From the NCBI GenBank assembly GCA_045599485.1, contig JAZRWA010000093.1, positions 1 through 27,993 of the forward strand: a stretch of 27,993 nucleotides of DNA, in the 5' to 3' direction. Shown here piece after piece: positions 7,379 through 16,092 of the stretch (position 1 is its first letter; each line of letters begins with the position of its first letter). The notes below the pieces were generated by a model that was not told the DNA's origin, made no database searches, and saw only the letters and a list, made by a program, of their open reading frames with translations. Both the position numbers and the translations under genes were made by a program. This DNA is from Clostridia bacterium (GTDB lineage: Bacteria > Bacillota > Clostridia > Christensenellales > Aristaeellaceae).

Positions 7379-8263
7379 ATGACATACGACGAAGCGATGA
7401 AGATCGGACGGAATTTCTACAGCCTCGCAAATCCGTCCGAGAATGATGTGATCCTGTTCATCGAAGCCATGGATTATCTGATCGATACCACCCATGGGGC
7501 ACGATTCATGATGATGCTGGGCGGGTATTATTACGGTGTCAAGAATTATCACCTGGCCCGGAAATACTATGAGATGGCCGCGGAAATCGGCAACACGGAT
7601 GCTTATGCCGGACTGGGCTATATCTATTACTATGGCCGTACCGGGGAACCGGATTACGAAAAAGCCTTCAAGTATTATTCGAAGGCGATGGAGGCCGGTG
7701 ATCTCCAGTGTACCTACAAGGTCGCCGACATGTACAAAAACGGCTTTTTTGTGGAAAAGGATTACGAAAAGTATAAACAGATCATCGAACAGCTGTACCC
7801 GAAGGTGAAAAACGCACGACGGCTGGGAGACTGCTTGCCGGAGGTATTCACGCGGCTGGCAAGGATCCGGAGCAAGGAAGGCCGCACCGATGAAGCGCTG
7901 CAGCTGTACTGGAACGCACGCGATTTTCTCCGCCAGCGGATCTGCTATAATCCTTTCTTTGGCAACCTGAGCATCATGAAAGGGCTGATCGCCGATCTGT
8001 ATTCGCTTCAGCCCTTTGACCCGGAGGACTTTTCCCTTTATGACCTGTATTGGGTTTTGCGAACACCAAACCGTGTGCGTTTCTGGTATGACGAGAAGAA
8101 ACACACGGTCGAATCGCTCACGGAAGAGAACGCTGTCGTGATTCATTTCGACGACCGTTGGTACCGCACAGTGGATGATTTCTTTGCAAAGGCTGAGATC
8201 GATGGGGAACTTCTGACATCCCTTGAGGATGAACTGTATATGTTTGAGGTAGATAAGAAATGA
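7379..8263 (+). CDS. Sel1-like repeat (SLR/TPR-family) protein with an uncharacterised C-terminal half
   Basis: Tandem Sel1-type repeats are visible (ARKYYEMAAEIGNTDAYAGLGYIYYYG, YEKAFKYYSKAMEAGDLQCTYKVADMYKNG). I chose the ATG at 7379 because AAGGAG (7364-7369) lies 9 nt upstream. The track start at 7370 abuts the RBS. Confidence 0.8.
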   Translation: MTYDEAMKIGRNFYSLANPSENDVILFIEAMDYLIDTTHGARFMMMLGGYYYGVKNYHLARKYYEMAAEIGNTDAYAGLGYIYYYGRTGEPDYEKAFKYYSKAMEAGDLQCTYKVADMYKNGFFVEKDYEKYKQIIEQLYPKVKNARRLGDCLPEVFTRLARIRSKEGRTDEALQLYWNARDFLRQRICYNPFFGNLSIMKGLIADLYSLQPFDPEDFSLYDLYWVLRTPNRVRFWYDEKKHTVESLTEENAVVIHFDDRWYRTVDDFFAKAEIDGELLTSLEDELYMFEVDKK

Positions 8264-9039
8264 GCGGGATCATCCGTGTAAAGACCGCAGGCTATGACCG
8301 ATATGAGGAATTGCTGCTTCAGCGTGACCAGTACAGGAAGGACGCGGACACGGCGTTTTTGAACTATGTGCGCGAGTTCGGCGAGGAAATCCGGGCGAAT
8401 TTTGAATTGAAGGTCGAATGCATCCGCATCCGCAAATCCATTGCCTATTGTCAGGCGGCGCTGAATCACGGAAAAAAGATCGACGCGGTAGCCATGCAGC
8501 AAATGCTCGCCCTTGAAATGCAGCAGTATTATGATGAGCTTCAGCAAATGACAGAAACCAACGAAACCTGCCGGCGTCTGGAAACCGCTTCCGCGTATGA
8601 CGTGCAGCAGATCAAAAAGCTCTACCGTGAGCTGGCCAAACAGCTGCACCCGGATATCAATCCCGAAACAAGCAAATCAAAAAAACTCATTGAGATCTGG
8701 AATTGCATCGTGGCCGCCTATAAGGCCAATGATCTGTCGGAGCTGAACGCGCTGCGGGTGCTGGCCAACAAGGCGCTGAACGAGCTGGGGATGGGCAGTG
8801 AGGAGATCGAGATTCCCGATATCGACAAACGCATTGCCGAATTGGAGGAAGAGATCGAAAGCATCGTCAGCAAAGACCCGTATCAATACAGGTTCCTTCT
8901 CCGTGCCCCCGATCTGGTGGAACAAAAGCATGATGAGCTGAAAAAGGAGCACCGGGAATATGAAGAAGCACGCCAACAGCTGCAGGCCCTTCTGGACGAT
9001 CTGATGCAGCAGGGAGGTGCAAAATGGGTACTGAACTGA
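8260..9039 (+). CDS. J-domain (DnaJ-like) protein lacking the G/F, zinc-finger and C-terminal substrate domains; coiled-coil flanks
   Basis: The J-domain helix II-HPD-helix III pattern is IKKLYRELAKQLHPDINPE...LIEIWNCIVAAYKA, with HPD codons at 8647-8655. The start overlaps the upstream stop as ATGA (8260-8263). There is a GAGGTAG RBS. Confidence 0.85.
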   Translation: MSGIIRVKTAGYDRYEELLLQRDQYRKDADTAFLNYVREFGEEIRANFELKVECIRIRKSIAYCQAALNHGKKIDAVAMQQMLALEMQQYYDELQQMTETNETCRRLETASAYDVQQIKKLYRELAKQLHPDINPETSKSKKLIEIWNCIVAAYKANDLSELNALRVLANKALNELGMGSEEIEIPDIDKRIAELEEEIESIVSKDPYQYRFLLRAPDLVEQKHDELKKEHREYEEARQQLQALLDDLMQQGGAKWVLN

Positions 9040-9404
9040 GCATCACCAACGGTCAGATGATCGCGCTGACGGAAAAGGAAATGATCAAGCCGCTGATTCG
9101 AGAAATCCACCTGTTTGATTCCTATATCGCCGGCACAACGCATCTGGAAGACCCCTCTGTACTGGAGAACATACCGGAAGGCATGAAGCTGCGCCTCCGC
9201 CGGGAAGACAACAAGTTTGACAGCAATGCCATATTGATATTGAACGAACAGGGGAAAAAGATGGGCTATGTGCCGGAAAAGGACAATATCATTTTTGCCC
9301 GTTTGATGGATGCCGGAAAAATGCTGAACGCGAAGGTAAAAAAGACAGAGCATCACGGCAGCTTCATCAAGGTAGCCATTGGCATATTTCTGGTGGATTT
9401 TTGA
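9024..9404 (+). CDS. Stand-alone HIRAN-domain protein
   Basis: 126-aa ORF. The sequence IAGTTHLEDPSVLENIPEGMKLRLRREDNKFDSNAILILNEQGKKMGYVPEKDNIIFARLMDAG matches the HIRAN pattern (G..y....l..G..l.L.RE..N..D.NAI.v....g..iGYvp...a..la.l.d.g). The start overlaps the J-domain gene by 16 nt. There is a GGGAGGTG RBS. Confidence 0.8.
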   Translation: MGTELSITNGQMIALTEKEMIKPLIREIHLFDSYIAGTTHLEDPSVLENIPEGMKLRLRREDNKFDSNAILILNEQGKKMGYVPEKDNIIFARLMDAGKMLNAKVKKTEHHGSFIKVAIGIFLVDF

Positions 9405-9487
9405 TACGGCACCCCCGCTGCCGGCTGTTTCACGATCAAAATCCATCATGGAGCAAATCGGCTCATCATCGACCCTGCCCACATGAC

Positions 9488-9530
9488 AAAGGCACGATCT
9501 CCGTCTGTAGGGAGATCGTGCCTTTTGTTG
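9488..9530 (+). terminator. Rho-independent terminator of the three-gene operon
   Basis: A perfect 12-bp stem (ggcacgatctcc 9491-9502 / ggagatcgtgcc 9511-9522) with an 8-nt loop, followed by TTTTGTTG. Confidence 0.8.
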
Positions 9531-9534
9531 ATGG

Positions 9535-9566
9535 TATAAAAGCCGCTCCCGACAGGAACGGCTTTG
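9535..9566 (-). terminator. Terminator candidate for the symporter gene
   Basis: A 7-bp stem (aaagccg 9539-9545 / cggcttt 9559-9565). On the minus strand it is followed by TTTTATACC. It sits 12 nt after the stop codon. Confidence 0.5.
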
Positions 9567-9577
9567 ATCGGACAGGA

Positions 9578-10909
9578 TCAGGCGTTGTAGGTTTCCTCGT
9601 CCAGCTTGTTTTCGGTCTTGGCGACCACAATAGCAGCCACGGAGTCACCCACGCAGTTCAGGCTGGTCACCAGCATCTCGATGGGACGGTTGATGGCCAG
9701 GATCAGGGCGTAACCCATCATAGCAGCTTCACCGGTGAAGCCAACACCGCTCAGGATGGTGAAGAGGATGATCGCGCCCGCACCGGGAGCAGCGGGAGTG
9801 CCGGCCGAGGCGATCAGGGCCAGCGCCATGATCATGATCAGCTGGGGAATGGACACAGCGTAGCCGCCCACACCGGCAAGGAACAGGGTAGCCACCACCT
9901 GCATGATGGCCGTGCCGTCCATGTTGATGGTCATGCCCAGAGGCAGCACATAGCTGGCGATCTGGTTATCTACGCCCAACTCCTTGGTGTTGGTATCAAT
10001 GTTCAAAGGCAGGGTCGCGGCGCTGGAGGAGGTGGAGAAACCAAACACCATCACCTTGAAGATCTTCTTGATGAACTTGATGGGATTCAGTCTGGTCAGC
10101 ATGGTCAGCAGCGCGGGGTAGCACACAAACAGGTATACCAGTAGCAGCGCCACCGTCAACAGTACATAGCTCAGGGCAGGCATCAGGTAGGTGATGCCGT
10201 AGGTAGCAAAGGTACGGCACAGCAGCATGAAGATGGCGACAGGGCCGAACTTCTCAACCACAAAATTCAGGAACACCACAATGATATTGCTCAGTTCCTT
10301 GCACAGCTTGTGCATGGTGCTGCCCTCGCCCATGCCCAGCTTGTTCATGCACAGACCGGTGCCGACAGCCAGGAACACCACGGCCAGCACAGCGTTGTTG
10401 ACGCTGAAGGTTGCACCGATGTTGCTGGGAATGATGTTCAGGATCACATTCAGCGGGTTGCTGCCGGTGGAGCCGGAAGACGCGCTCAGGCCCTCCACCA
10501 CGATGTTGAACATACCGGCGCTGTAGCACACCAGACCGACGACGCCGGCAATGATCAGAGCCACAACGCTGGTGAGCAGGAAAACACCAAAGGTTTTGGC
10601 AGACACACGACCCAGGGTCGATGCATCGGAAATGTTGCCAATGGCAATCACGATGGAGCTGAACACCATCGGCACGATGACCAGCTGCAGGCTGCGGATA
10701 AACAGCTGACCGATGATATAGAACAGGCCGATGGCCTTTTCCGCACCGGCGGCGGTGATATCCTGGAACAGCAGGTTGTTGATGGTCTTCCAGGTGTCAG
10801 AGGTAGCGCCCAAGCTTTCACGGATGCTCATGAAGATGAGGCCTGCAACGATGCCCAGCACCATGGCAGCCAGCATTTTCACAGCCAGCTTGTTGTTCTT
10901 GGATTTCAT
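9578..10909 (-). CDS. Dicarboxylate/amino acid:cation symporter (DAACS family)
   Basis: 443-aa polytopic membrane ORF with a GGAGGAAAC RBS. Conserved DAACS C-terminal motifs are present (ASAGTPAAPGAGAI, NRPIEMLVTSLNCVGDS). Confidence 0.9.
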   Translation of the reverse strand: MKSKNNKLAVKMLAAMVLGIVAGLIFMSIRESLGATSDTWKTINNLLFQDITAAGAEKAIGLFYIIGQLFIRSLQLVIVPMVFSSIVIAIGNISDASTLGRVSAKTFGVFLLTSVVALIIAGVVGLVCYSAGMFNIVVEGLSASSGSTGSNPLNVILNIIPSNIGATFSVNNAVLAVVFLAVGTGLCMNKLGMGEGSTMHKLCKELSNIIVVFLNFVVEKFGPVAIFMLLCRTFATYGITYLMPALSYVLLTVALLLVYLFVCYPALLTMLTRLNPIKFIKKIFKVMVFGFSTSSSAATLPLNIDTNTKELGVDNQIASYVLPLGMTINMDGTAIMQVVATLFLAGVGGYAVSIPQLIMIMALALIASAGTPAAPGAGAIILFTILSGVGFTGEAAMMGYALILAINRPIEMLVTSLNCVGDSVAAIVVAKTENKLDEETYNA

Positions 10910-10939
10910 GATGTTTCCTCCTGTCTTTGGTTGAGTTGA

Positions 10940-10965
10940 AAAATGCTCAAATCTTCAGCATTTTA
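10940..10965 (-). promoter_or_regulatory. 8-bp inverted repeat overlapping a candidate extended -10 (TGaTAAAAT) of the symporter promoter
   Basis: The arms are aaaatgct (10940-10947) and agcatttt (10957-10964) with a 9-nt spacer. On the minus strand TAAAAT is at 10965-10960. Confidence 0.35.
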
Positions 10966-11078
10966 TCAGGAATGATCCCAAAAAGCAAGAGAAAACACTA
11001 AATTTGTGCTGTATCGTATGCGCACCCGGAAAACGCAGCGGCAAAAAGCCGCAGAACGGCTGACACGAAATCATCATC

Positions 11079-11107
11079 TTGTATCGTCTGGAGGAGCATG
11101 GTATAAT
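11079..11107 (+). promoter_or_regulatory. Candidate promoter of the S41 peptidase gene (-35 TTGTAT, 17 nt, extended -10 TGgTATAAT)
   Basis: TTGTAT is at 11079-11084 and TATAAT at 11102-11107, preceded by TGg. A ~115-nt leader follows. Confidence 0.5.
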
Positions 11108-11222
11108 TCTTTCGGTACAGAAGAAGAAAAGTGTTAAAATAGCCCTGTTTTCAGGGCGGAGCAACGCCTGTGCCGCCGTCCGCGCGAGGCGGCTCGGAGC
11201 ATTCCACAAGAAACGAGGTTTT

Positions 11223-13067
11223 ATGCAAATGATCAAAAAACTGACAGCGCTGCTGCTGGCAGCCATGATTGCGCTTCTGGCCGTGTCCGCAGGAGCAGAG
11301 GCATTGTCCGCGGAAGAGGACGCCCCCGTTTTCCAAACGCTTCCCATCTATTATCACAGCAGTACGTTGGAAAAAACGCTTGACGTTGCTTTCTTCAACG
11401 GCTGCATGGACATCCCCTATTGTTCTGCCGAAACGGCGGCCGAGCTGCTCTACGCCTTGAACGGCTACAACATGCGATACGGCTTCACCACCTACCGGCT
11501 GCTGGAGAATGCCGGCATGCTTTCCCGCCTGGATGAAGACGGCATGGACATTGAGGTGTTTTACATGCTGCGGGAGAACGGTTCCTTTGTGCTCATCAAC
11601 CATGAAGAAAACCTGATCTGGATCAACGACCGCGACCTGTTTGCGGCGCCCTCCTTTGCCGTCTCCGGCGGCGACCTGGTCACCGCCAGCGGGCTTTGCT
11701 ACAACGATGACGGTTCCGTCCGTTGGAACGATGCCCGGGACATTCCCTTTGCAAACCTCTATCGCCGCGTTGCAAGCCAATCCTATAAGCGCGAGGGCGA
11801 GGTCACGGAGATCCTGCTGGACGACTATAACATCCGCATCGAGGCCTACGACGGCCATTTCTATGTGCCACTGGCGACCCTGTCCGATCTTTTGCTGCCC
11901 TGCCCTGTCACCTACAACGGGGAGGCCCTGTTTGCCCTCCGGCAAGGGCTGGATCAGAAACGTGTCAACGCCGACGGCCTCACCCAATACGATCTGTATT
12001 ATCGTCCCGGTGCGCGGCAGCGCAGCGAGGAACTGGCCTGTTTTACCTACAATGAGCTGTGCCTGATGCTGGATCATTGTTACGGTCTTCGGGAAGAGCA
12101 TGGCGCGCTGAACGGATTCAACAACTATTTTATCGCCAGCGGTCTGGAAGCAGGCTTGAACAATACCGATCCCCAAGTGTTTACAGATGCTTTGAATCAG
12201 GTGCTGGCCGGCAACTTCGGCGACCTGCATTCCGGTCTGACCTATCTGTCCTCCTATGCCGGAAGTGACTATACGGTCTCCCATCAAAACAGCTCCATTA
12301 CGCTGACGGACTACAACCGTGTCCTCAGCCGTTTTCTGAAGGCCCGTGCGGAAAGCGGGATCGCCATCGGCGATAACATTCAGGATGGCTATTATGAGAT
12401 CGGCGATACCGCCTATGTCACCTTTGACTCCTTTGTCAGCGCCACCCACGACTATTACGATCCTGACCTGGCCGATCAGCTGGAAGATCTCTACATGTCC
12501 GATACCATCTCGCTGGTCATCTGGGCCCACCAACGCATTCACCGGGAAGGCAGCCCGATCCGCAAGGTCGTCATTGACCTGTCCTGCAACACCGGCGGTC
12601 ATCTGAACGCCTGCATGTACATTGCCGCCTGGGTGCTGGGCGCCGCCAACCTGAGCGTCGAAAACGTGACCACCGGCGCGCAGTATACGACCGTGTACTG
12701 GGTGGATGTGAACCTGGATGGTCAGTGCCTGGAAGACGATGAACTGGGTGTGGATCAGTTGGACGTCTACTGTCTGGTCAACGGCAGCTCCTTCTCCTGC
12801 GGCAATCTGCTGCCCACCCTGTTCAAGCAGGATGGGCGTGTGACGCTGCTGGGACAGACCACCGGCGGCGGCGCCTGCGTGGTCCGCAGCACCTCTGCCG
12901 CGGATGGCACGCTGTTTGACATCTCGGATTATCACCGCCTTTGCATCGTCAAAAACGGCACCTTCTACAGCATTGACCGCGGTGTGGACGAGGATATCCC
13001 CCTGCGCAAGCCTGCCTCGTACTATGACCGTGCCGCGCTGGCGGAATATCTGGACACCATCCGCTGA
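11223..13067 (+). CDS. Secreted S41-family (C-terminal processing/tail-specific type) peptidase
   Basis: Signal peptide MQMIKKLTALLLAAMIALLAVSAGAEA. S41 motifs are VVIDLSCNTGGHL and LVNGSSFSCGNLLPTLFKQDGRVTLLGQTTGGG. I chose the ATG at 11223 (ACGAGG RBS) over the upstream track start. Confidence 0.85.
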   Translation: MQMIKKLTALLLAAMIALLAVSAGAEALSAEEDAPVFQTLPIYYHSSTLEKTLDVAFFNGCMDIPYCSAETAAELLYALNGYNMRYGFTTYRLLENAGMLSRLDEDGMDIEVFYMLRENGSFVLINHEENLIWINDRDLFAAPSFAVSGGDLVTASGLCYNDDGSVRWNDARDIPFANLYRRVASQSYKREGEVTEILLDDYNIRIEAYDGHFYVPLATLSDLLLPCPVTYNGEALFALRQGLDQKRVNADGLTQYDLYYRPGARQRSEELACFTYNELCLMLDHCYGLREEHGALNGFNNYFIASGLEAGLNNTDPQVFTDALNQVLAGNFGDLHSGLTYLSSYAGSDYTVSHQNSSITLTDYNRVLSRFLKARAESGIAIGDNIQDGYYEIGDTAYVTFDSFVSATHDYYDPDLADQLEDLYMSDTISLVIWAHQRIHREGSPIRKVVIDLSCNTGGHLNACMYIAAWVLGAANLSVENVTTGAQYTTVYWVDVNLDGQCLEDDELGVDQLDVYCLVNGSSFSCGNLLPTLFKQDGRVTLLGQTTGGGACVVRSTSAADGTLFDISDYHRLCIVKNGTFYSIDRGVDEDIPLRKPASYYDRAALAEYLDTIR

Positions 13068-13094
13068 CCGCCTTTCCCCTTCGGCAAAGAAAGC

Positions 13095-13137
13095 AAAAAA
13101 GGACACCGCCATGGATCCAATGGCGATGCCCTTTTTT
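13095..13137. terminator. Bidirectional terminator between convergent genes
   Basis: An imperfect 12-bp stem (13101-13112 / 13120-13131; 10 pairs, 2 mismatches), flanked by an A-run (13095-13100) and a T-run (13132-13137). Confidence 0.6.
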
Positions 13138-13148
13138 CGTAAGCCCGG

Positions 13149-14114
13149 TCAGCCGGAGATCTTCTCCAGCAGGGACAGCACGGTAAGCACCTGTTCTTCC
13201 GTCACGATCGGCGAGGGAATGTTTTGCTCCGCGCAGGCAACAAAATGGCTCAGCTCGCGATAGAACCAGCCATTGGCGGGAAGATTTGCCCCGCCGGGGA
13301 TCATGACCGGATCGGTGGTATCATAAGTCACGGTCTGCCCGGCGGCGTCATAGCCCCGGACGGATGCGCCGTCATAGATGAGCATGCCGCTTTCAAAGCT
13401 GACCCGCCAGCGCGCGGTAAAGGGAATGCAAGCGTTGAACCACGCGGCCTCCGCGGAGGCGGTCATGCCATTTGCCCACTTATAGATAAGACGGCACTGC
13501 GTCGGAAGGCTTCCGTCGGCGTGTTCGGCGGCGGTAAAGACTTCGCCGGGCGCGCCGAACAGGCTGACCGCCAGATCGAGATCGTGAATGTGCAGATCAA
13601 AGGGCAGCAGACCGCTCTTTTCCTTCTCCATCAGCCAGGAGCCCTGCGTCCACGCGGGGCGGGCGCTCAGCCGCTCAAACACCGCGTCCACCGGCGCGCC
13701 ATAGGTCTTTTCTTCGATCACCCTGCGCAGGACCGCCGTTTCCGGGGTGAAGCGAACCACCTGCGCGACATACAACTGTCGTTGGGCGGCTTTGGCCGCG
13801 TCAAACATTTGCCGCCCATCCGCAAGGCTCAGGGCGCAGGGTTTTTCACAGATCACATGCAGGCCGCAGGCAAACGCCTGCAATGCCAGCTCCTTGTGCA
13901 GATAGGTGGGCACGCAAATATCCGCCGTGTCGACCTTTATCGCCTGCGCGGCCTCGTAAATCGAAGCAAAGCACGGAATGCCCCAGCCTTGAGCGGTATC
14001 GCGATCCTGCTGCGTGGTTCCCACCAAGGCGGCGACCTGCACGCCGTCCATTTGACGATAGTTGTTGTAATGCGTTGTTCCCATGCCGCCGGCACCGACA
14101 AGCAGGATATTCAT
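13149..14114 (-). CDS. Gfo/Idh/MocA-family NAD(P)-dependent oxidoreductase
   Basis: N-terminal Rossmann motif MNILLVGAGGMGTTH. The ATG at 14114 has a GGGAGGAAG RBS 7 nt upstream, so the longer track start at 14198 is rejected. Confidence 0.85.
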   Translation of the reverse strand: MNILLVGAGGMGTTHYNNYRQMDGVQVAALVGTTQQDRDTAQGWGIPCFASIYEAAQAIKVDTADICVPTYLHKELALQAFACGLHVICEKPCALSLADGRQMFDAAKAAQRQLYVAQVVRFTPETAVLRRVIEEKTYGAPVDAVFERLSARPAWTQGSWLMEKEKSGLLPFDLHIHDLDLAVSLFGAPGEVFTAAEHADGSLPTQCRLIYKWANGMTASAEAAWFNACIPFTARWRVSFESGMLIYDGASVRGYDAAGQTVTYDTTDPVMIPGGANLPANGWFYRELSHFVACAEQNIPSPIVTEEQVLTVLSLLEKISG

Positions 14115-14201
14115 CTGATCTTCCTCCCGATAACAGCACTCCCCCGCCGCAAACAACGATCCGTCTGCCACGGGGGAGGATGTGATTTTCTTTTTCAATG
14201 A

Positions 14202-15017
14202 TTATAAAGCAATGCCGTGAGAACGGAAAAACGCCGCGCTGTCGCGTACCGCCCGGTTCACCTCTTCGAGGTTGGAAGGACCGGCTGCCGTGAACTCGAT
14301 CTCCACCGAGAAGGGGCTGTTGTTGCCGTTTTGATCCAGCACACCAAAGATGCCGTCAAAATCGATAGAACCCTTGCCGGGAGCGGGGAAATTCCACTCG
14401 TCCACGGCACCGGCCTTGTCCTTGATGTGCAGGAACGCCACATCATTCACGCAGGCTTTCAGGTCTTCCACGGGGTCGACCCGACCGTAAAAAACGACGT
14501 TTGCCGTGTCATAGTTCACCTTGACCCGGTCGCTGTTTACCTTGCGCACGATCTAAGCCAGACGGACGCCCGTGCCGTGATCCTTCCCGTGCGTTTCCAG
14601 CACCAGCATCATGTCCGCCGCCCTGAGATCGGGCACAAAGGCTTCGATGCAGCGCACCGTTTCATCCAGATCGGCCTCGTGCCCATCCCGGATGTGCGCC
14701 TCGCCGATGGAGGACACGATGTAGCGGCAGCCGAAAAGCTGCGCCAGACGGATGTTGTCGCGAAAATCACGGCTGCGGGCAGGGTCGGTCAGGTTGGTGT
14801 GACCGCTCATGGCGAACGGGGTCAGGTCATGATCGCGAAGCATATCCCGCACACGCAGCAGACGGCGCAGAGGCTGATCGGGAAAAACATGCTCTGTCCA
14901 TCCCTTGGTGGCCGTCAGTTCCATATAACGGAAGCCCGCCCGCGCGGTGCCCTCGATGGCATCCTCCAGAGAAAAGCCATGATAGCTGTTGGAATTCATT
15001 GCAACGATTCTGTCCAT
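14202..15017 (-). pseudogene. Xylose-isomerase-like TIM-barrel sugar-phosphate isomerase/epimerase, interrupted by a single in-frame TAG at 14555-14553 (a pseudogene under code 11, or a read-through gene)
   Basis: Track ORFs 14553..15032 and 14202..14549 are in the same frame, separated only by TAG and ATC. The N part (GFRYMELTA...MLVLETHGKDHG) and the C part (VKVNYDTANVVFYG...FLHIKD...FSVEIEF) are the two halves of one TIM-barrel fold. The likely start is the ATG at 15017, with a GAGGAGAAG RBS. Confidence 0.8.
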
Positions 15018-15028
15018 GGTGCTTCTCC

Positions 15029-16066
15029 TCACGCGTTGATGGTCACGGTGCGGCCCGTTTCGGCGGATTCGGCGGCGGCAAACACGGCACGCATGGCCGG
15101 CAGCACGCTCTCGGCGGAAATGTACGGCTGGATCGGATCGATCAGATGCGCCACAAACAGATCGATGATGCCCGAGCTGGTCTGATTGTCGTTGGTCTGG
15201 ATCTGATCGACATCATAGTATTCGGTCGTGCCGTCGCGCCTGCCCAGCACGATGCTGTGCGCGGGGTCGTCATAGATGCGCAGTACGCCCTCGGTGCCAA
15301 ACAGCACGGTCGAGTTGTCCTCGCCGCTGTAATCGGTCCAGGAGGCCGTCATGGTGCCCACCGCGCCGCCGCTCATCTGATAAATGCAGATGGCATTGTC
15401 ATCCACCGAGATGGGCTTTCCATCCGGCGTTTTCTTGTCGAGCGAGCCGAGGTAAGCGGTGACTCCGGTGACCGTCTGCCCCAGCAGATACTGGATCAGA
15501 TCCGTTTTGTGCACGCCCAGGTCGGCCATGGCGCCAAACGCGGCATGGGTCTTGTCAAAAAACCAGGTGCCGCTGCCGGAATCCACGCTCCAGGTCTCCG
15601 GGCCGCCGTGACGGAAGGCGGTGGTAAAGGTGATCACTTTGCCGATCGCGCCGCTGCGGATCAGCTCATACGCCTTCCGGTGTGCCGCCGCCAGCCGCTG
15701 GTTTTGACCGATCATAAGCACCTTGCCGCACTCCGCGGCGACACGCACCATCTCCTCACAATCGGCAAGGGTGATGGCCATCGGCTTTTCGCAAAGCACG
15801 TGCTTGCCCGCCTTCAGGGCGGCAATGGCCATCTGCGCGTGCGCGGCATTGGCCGTGCAGATGCTGACGGCGTCGATCTGCGGATCGTCCAGCATGCTTT
15901 CAAAAGTATCATACGCCACAGCGCCGTACTGAGCCGCAAGCCCCGCCGCGCGCCCGGCGTTGAGGTCAAACAGGCCCCAAATCTGTGCATCCGGGTTCGC
16001 CTGATATTCCGGCAGGTGGCGGACCTGGGCGATCTTGCCGCAGCCCGCAATGCCAACACGAATCAT
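15029..16066 (-). CDS. Gfo/Idh/MocA-family oxidoreductase (inositol/sugar dehydrogenase-like)
   Basis: 345-aa ORF with the Rossmann motif MIRVGIAGCGKIA, the family motif KHVLCEKP, and a GAGGTG RBS. Confidence 0.9.
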   Translation of the reverse strand: MIRVGIAGCGKIAQVRHLPEYQANPDAQIWGLFDLNAGRAAGLAAQYGAVAYDTFESMLDDPQIDAVSICTANAAHAQMAIAALKAGKHVLCEKPMAITLADCEEMVRVAAECGKVLMIGQNQRLAAAHRKAYELIRSGAIGKVITFTTAFRHGGPETWSVDSGSGTWFFDKTHAAFGAMADLGVHKTDLIQYLLGQTVTGVTAYLGSLDKKTPDGKPISVDDNAICIYQMSGGAVGTMTASWTDYSGEDNSTVLFGTEGVLRIYDDPAHSIVLGRRDGTTEYYDVDQIQTNDNQTSSGIIDLFVAHLIDPIQPYISAESVLPAMRAVFAAAESAETGRTVTINA

Positions 16067-16092
16067 AGGAGCACCTCATTTCCGAATCTGAA

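Noticed and set aside
9401-10939. Plus-strand ORFs 9401..10144 and 10310..10939 (His/Gly/Asp/Gln-rich)
   Set aside because: They lie opposite the DAACS symporter gene, have low-complexity composition, and cross the operon terminator region.
11079-11222. Longest-ORF starts given by the track for several genes: 11079, 14198, 15032, 17157, 18769, 21055, 24945, 26772, 27028 and 7370
   Set aside because: In each case a downstream ATG has a properly spaced GGAGG-type RBS and begins a recognisable N-terminus (signal peptide, Rossmann motif or HTH). The upstream extensions are unsupported.
11151-13112. 653-aa minus-strand ORF opposite the S41 peptidase gene
   Set aside because: Antisense shadow ORF. 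The plus strand has a signal peptide, S41 motifs, an RBS and a promoter.
14550-14555. Pyrrolysine as the explanation for the in-frame TAGs
   Set aside because: Neither gene family (sugar-phosphate isomerase, GGDEF-EAL) is a known Pyl protein, and no pyl or methylamine methyltransferase genes are in the window. I keep it only as something to exclude genome-wide.
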